The notes under the pieces were generated by a model. The model was not told the origin of the DNA and made no database searches. It saw only the letters and a program-made list of their open reading frames with translations. Both the position numbers and the translations under genes were made by a program. 64,000 bases of DNA from Clostridiaceae bacterium. Lineage in GTDB: Bacteria > Bacillota > Clostridia > Acetivibrionales > DUMC01. Shown here one piece after another: positions 61,114 to 64,000 of this stretch. Within the stretch, counting starts at the first letter, position 1, and each line of letters begins with the position of its first letter. The DNA is taken from assembly GCA_012840075.1 (NCBI GenBank), contig DUMC01000133.1:2792-66791 (forward strand), in the 5' to 3' direction.

Positions 61114-62352
61114 TTAATATGTCACCAATTTCTTATTTCCCAATTTCTCCATATCGATTAAATCAATTTTAGCTTTCGGAATAGTTATCTTGTTTGCATT
61201 GCCGTCACTTATATATTGTTCTCCTCTTGAAAGATTTTCTAGCCACCAATATAAATCAAATCTTTCAGGATTAATTCCGGGACTTCTCACTCTGTTAATT
61301 GACGATGCATTAAATTCCCTGCTTATGGCAGGAGGTGAAGGATTCCAGCCTACTTCAACGATAGCAAGGTTTTCATATTCAACTCCTTCATACTCTCCCC
61401 TTTTGACATGTTCCATAAGAGTTCCGGACGGAGCCCCATAGGGTAGTGAAAAAGCAAACATCTTGTATCCCGGAACTAATTCATACATCACTTTTTGATT
61501 ATTGCCAATTTCTCTTTGAATTATATCAGCACTTTTAACTTCACTCAAATTTATATGGCTATAAGTATGATTTCCTATTTCAAAACCTAAATCAATTAAA
61601 TATTTTAATCTTTCAGCAACGCTTCCTTTGCCGTTAAAAACATTGGTACCTAAATTTACAAAAAACATTCCCTTTGCCCCAAAATCAGGATATTTCTTGT
61701 TAAATTCCAACAAAATCCCAACTGCTGATTTTTTATTTACTTTAAGCTCTCCGTTTTCTTCTATCAAGTTAAACTGTCCCGATGTACCGTCATCAAATGT
61801 AAATACCATTGGAATACAACCTGCAGGTACCGATATATTGTTATCAAGAAAATCTTTAAAACTAATTAGCCGGTACCCTTTTTCATACAAAACATGCAAA
61901 AGCTCCTCAAAAGCTTTAAATGTCATGGTATATTCGCCTTTATCATATTTTGTCGGAGTAAAACTTTCAACAAAATTATGGAACATAACTATCATTATCT
62001 TACCGGATTCATTAGGTTTTACTTTCTCCAAATCTATCTCATGAACAGAATCATATTCTGATTTATGTCCTTTTTCCTGTTCTGTTTCTTCCTTGCTCCC
62101 TTCCTCTTTATCCTGTCCATTCATTATTTCCTCATTAGTTATTTCATTTTGTTCATTATTTTTATTATTATCTTCTTCATCATTTCTCTCTTTAATTGTT
62201 AAGTCATTCTCGTAAATTGCATTTTCCGTTTGATTTTGTTCATAATCATTTCTGTTTTCATTACTCTTTTTTTCTTCATTCCTTCTACAGCCTGACAAAG
62301 TTAGTGAAAATACAATTAAAATCACAAAAAAAATCCTAATTACCTTCTTCAT
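61114..62352 (-). CDS. polysaccharide deacetylase (NodB/CE4) family lipoprotein
   Basis: ORF 61114-62391; ATG 62352 gives the signal peptide MKKVIRIFFVILIVFSLTLSG-C. Glu/Asn-rich linker. NodB motifs FTFDDG and GNHTYSH. Confidence 0.8.
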   Translation of the reverse strand: MKKVIRIFFVILIVFSLTLSGCRRNEEKKSNENRNDYEQNQTENAIYENDLTIKERNDEEDNNKNNEQNEITNEEIMNGQDKEEGSKEETEQEKGHKSEYDSVHEIDLEKVKPNESGKIMIVMFHNFVESFTPTKYDKGEYTMTFKAFEELLHVLYEKGYRLISFKDFLDNNISVPAGCIPMVFTFDDGTSGQFNLIEENGELKVNKKSAVGILLEFNKKYPDFGAKGMFFVNLGTNVFNGKGSVAERLKYLIDLGFEIGNHTYSHINLSEVKSADIIQREIGNNQKVMYELVPGYKMFAFSLPYGAPSGTLMEHVKRGEYEGVEYENLAIVEVGWNPSPPAISREFNASSINRVRSPGINPERFDLYWWLENLSRGEQYISDGNANKITIPKAKIDLIDMEKLGNKKLVTY

Positions 62353-62704
62353 AATTTTTATGCACCCTCTGTTAACTATATTTTTTAGCATTTTATTATT
62401 TTACTCTAAAATTATATTTTATATATAAAAATTATTTTATATATTATAATACGGAATAATATTGCGAAAACTGTTATTTAATTACGAATTGAAAATATTA
62501 TATCATAGTTTTAAGAATAAAATTAAATATTTATTTTCTCAAGAATAAAATTAAATATTATTTTCTTCATATAAAATAACAGCATCTTTTTACTGCAACT
62601 AGGAAATATAATAGTTATCCTGACTTGCTTATGGTATAATTTAATAAAGTAAGAACCTAACCATTATTTTACAATGAGGATTTATCAAGGAGTGATCATA
62701 TAAT

Positions 62705-63235
62705 ATGTTGAGCAATAACAAAAGGCTGGCAGAAAATAAACTCATGCTTTTATACATTATTAATAAATTGGATATGCCTATAAGCAACCTGCAATTGACC
62801 AAATTAATAATGGAGAATAATTTGATGAACTATTTTTATTCTCAACAATTTTTGAATGAATTGTGCGACGACAAGCTCCTTTCCTCTCAAGTGATTGATA
62901 ATAAGACTTTTTATTCCATTACCGATGCAGGCAAAAAAACTCTGGCTTATCTGTCAGATCTTATTTTACCCGTTGATAAAGAAAGGATTGACAATGTAAT
63001 TAACTCCTCTAAAAAGAAAATAAGGAATGAAACCCGCATAACTGCAGATTTTATTCCCGAAAGCGAAAATAAGTACATAGTTAGATGCTGTGTTCACGAG
63101 GATAATTTTACGTTAATAGAGCTTACGCTTGCAGTTGGATCACGAAATGACGCTAAAATCATATGTGATAATTGGAAAACCAATGCCCAAAATATATATC
63201 CTGAGATAATAAAACTACTTATAAGCAAGAGATAA
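62705..63235 (+). CDS. DUF4364-like protein (putative winged-helix regulator)
   Basis: 176 aa after an AAGGAGTG SD. The N-terminus AENKLMLLYIINKLDMPISNLQLTKLIMEN resembles the PadR-like fold of DUF4364 proteins. The assignment is from memory only. Confidence 0.45.
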   Translation: MLSNNKRLAENKLMLLYIINKLDMPISNLQLTKLIMENNLMNYFYSQQFLNELCDDKLLSSQVIDNKTFYSITDAGKKTLAYLSDLILPVDKERIDNVINSSKKKIRNETRITADFIPESENKYIVRCCVHEDNFTLIELTLAVGSRNDAKIICDNWKTNAQNIYPEIIKLLISKR

Positions 63236-63340
63236 GGCATTAAATATAATAATACTGCATCTTCATTCACGCATGTGTTATCACATACTTCATATTGCAT
63301 TTATTTTGTTACATTCAAGATATTATGGTAGAGGTTTTTA

Positions 63341-63631
63341 TCACGGTAAGACTATGTTTTTATTTTTCTTGGACTCCCTGTATAAAACAAAACGGTTACC
63401 AATTATTTGTACAATTTCTGCTCCTGTTTTTTGGGCGATATATTCACATGATGTTTTAACGTCGATTTCTGAATTTTTTAGAACCGTTGCTTTTACAAGC
63501 TCCCTGGCTTCCAAAGCTTCATCAAATTGAGCTATTACGTTTTCGTCAATACCACCCTTCCCGATCTGAAAAATAGGCTGAATAGAATTGGCAATTTTTC
63601 TTAAGTAACTCCTTTGCTTTCCCGTTATCAT
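63341..63631 (-). CDS. yhbY: YhbY family (CRM-domain) RNA-binding protein
   Basis: MITGKQRSYLRKIANSIQPIFQIGKGGIDENVIAQFDEALEARELVK is the classic GKGG CRM signature. Confidence 0.85.
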   Translation of the reverse strand: MITGKQRSYLRKIANSIQPIFQIGKGGIDENVIAQFDEALEARELVKATVLKNSEIDVKTSCEYIAQKTGAEIVQIIGNRFVLYRESKKNKNIVLP

Positions 63632-63655
63632 TAAATAATTTTTGTTCCTCCTTAA

Positions 63656-63844
63656 TTAGACTTCAATTTCTTTTCTGTTTTTTCTTCTGTGGGTTTCATA
63701 ATTCGGAAGACCTTTTTTCCAACCGCTTCTTGTTTTTTCGATTACGGTGTTTTTAATTTCTTCGTTCATGATAAAATCATTTTTTGCAGGGCAAAAATAG
63801 GCAATATTGCCACTTTTGCAATTACCACAATCAAAACATTCCAT
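63656..63844 (-). CDS. hypothetical small Cys-rich protein (62 aa)
   Basis: N-terminal CFDCGNCKSGNIAYFC cluster and a basic C-terminus. Lies 24 nt upstream of yhbY on the same strand. Confidence 0.4.
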   Translation of the reverse strand: MECFDCGNCKSGNIAYFCPAKNDFIMNEEIKNTVIEKTRSGWKKGLPNYETHRRKNRKEIEV

Positions 63845-64000
63845 AAGATAAAAAATTGTTCCCTCCGTTCGAATTTCTATACTTTTATATTTTATACAAT
63901 TTATTTCAGCTAATACAATTTTACCACATCTTATATTTTTGTCTAGAGGGATTTTTTATTCACTCTATATAATCAAATTCAAAATCATACATTCTAACCG

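Noticed and set aside
63900-64000. Possible 3' end of a minus-strand gene entering from the right edge
   Set aside because: Only about 11 codons are visible in either of two open frames. That is not enough to decide frame or identity.

Overview
This is an AT-rich, densely coding chromosomal window that looks like a Clostridia-class Firmicute. That assignment is an inference from gene content, strong GGAGG-type ribosome-binding sites and frequent GTG/TTG starts. It falls into three blocks. (1) 1-16.2 kb is a glycan-utilisation locus. It holds a partial heparinase II/III-like lyase, an LplBCA-type sugar ABC transporter, a YesM/YesN-type histidine kinase plus AraC-type response regulator, and a GH116 glycosidase. 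Unusually, it also holds three paralogous uroporphyrinogen-decarboxylase (URO-D/MtaA) family genes, with a ~310-bp inverted-repeat element inside the operon. (2) 16.5-59.5 kb is an exceptionally long run of nitrogen-transfer enzymes: murT-gatD, carA, a three-gene split glutamate synthase, carB, NH3-type nadE, type III glutamine synthetase with a convergent ANTAR regulator, tRNA-His, trpEGDCFBA, gatCAB, purF, guaA, purA, hisH-hisF, Gln-type NAD synthetase, ruvCAB and argGH. purF carries one in-frame TAG and hisH a 1-nt frameshift. (3) 59.5-64 kb holds small hypothetical genes, a polysaccharide deacetylase lipoprotein, a possible DUF4364-like protein and YhbY. The most interesting signals are in mRNA leaders. 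ANTAR dual-hairpin antiterminators precede glutamate synthase and glnN. A perfectly phased GAG triplet array (TRAP-type site) plus an SD-sequestering hairpin precedes trpE. A second, AAG-based phased triplet array sits in the glutamate synthase leader, and I cannot assign it to any known regulator. I saw no transposases, CRISPR arrays, rRNA or obvious defence/toxin systems. All calls come from manual reading of the sequence and the ORF track; no database search or folding computation was possible.
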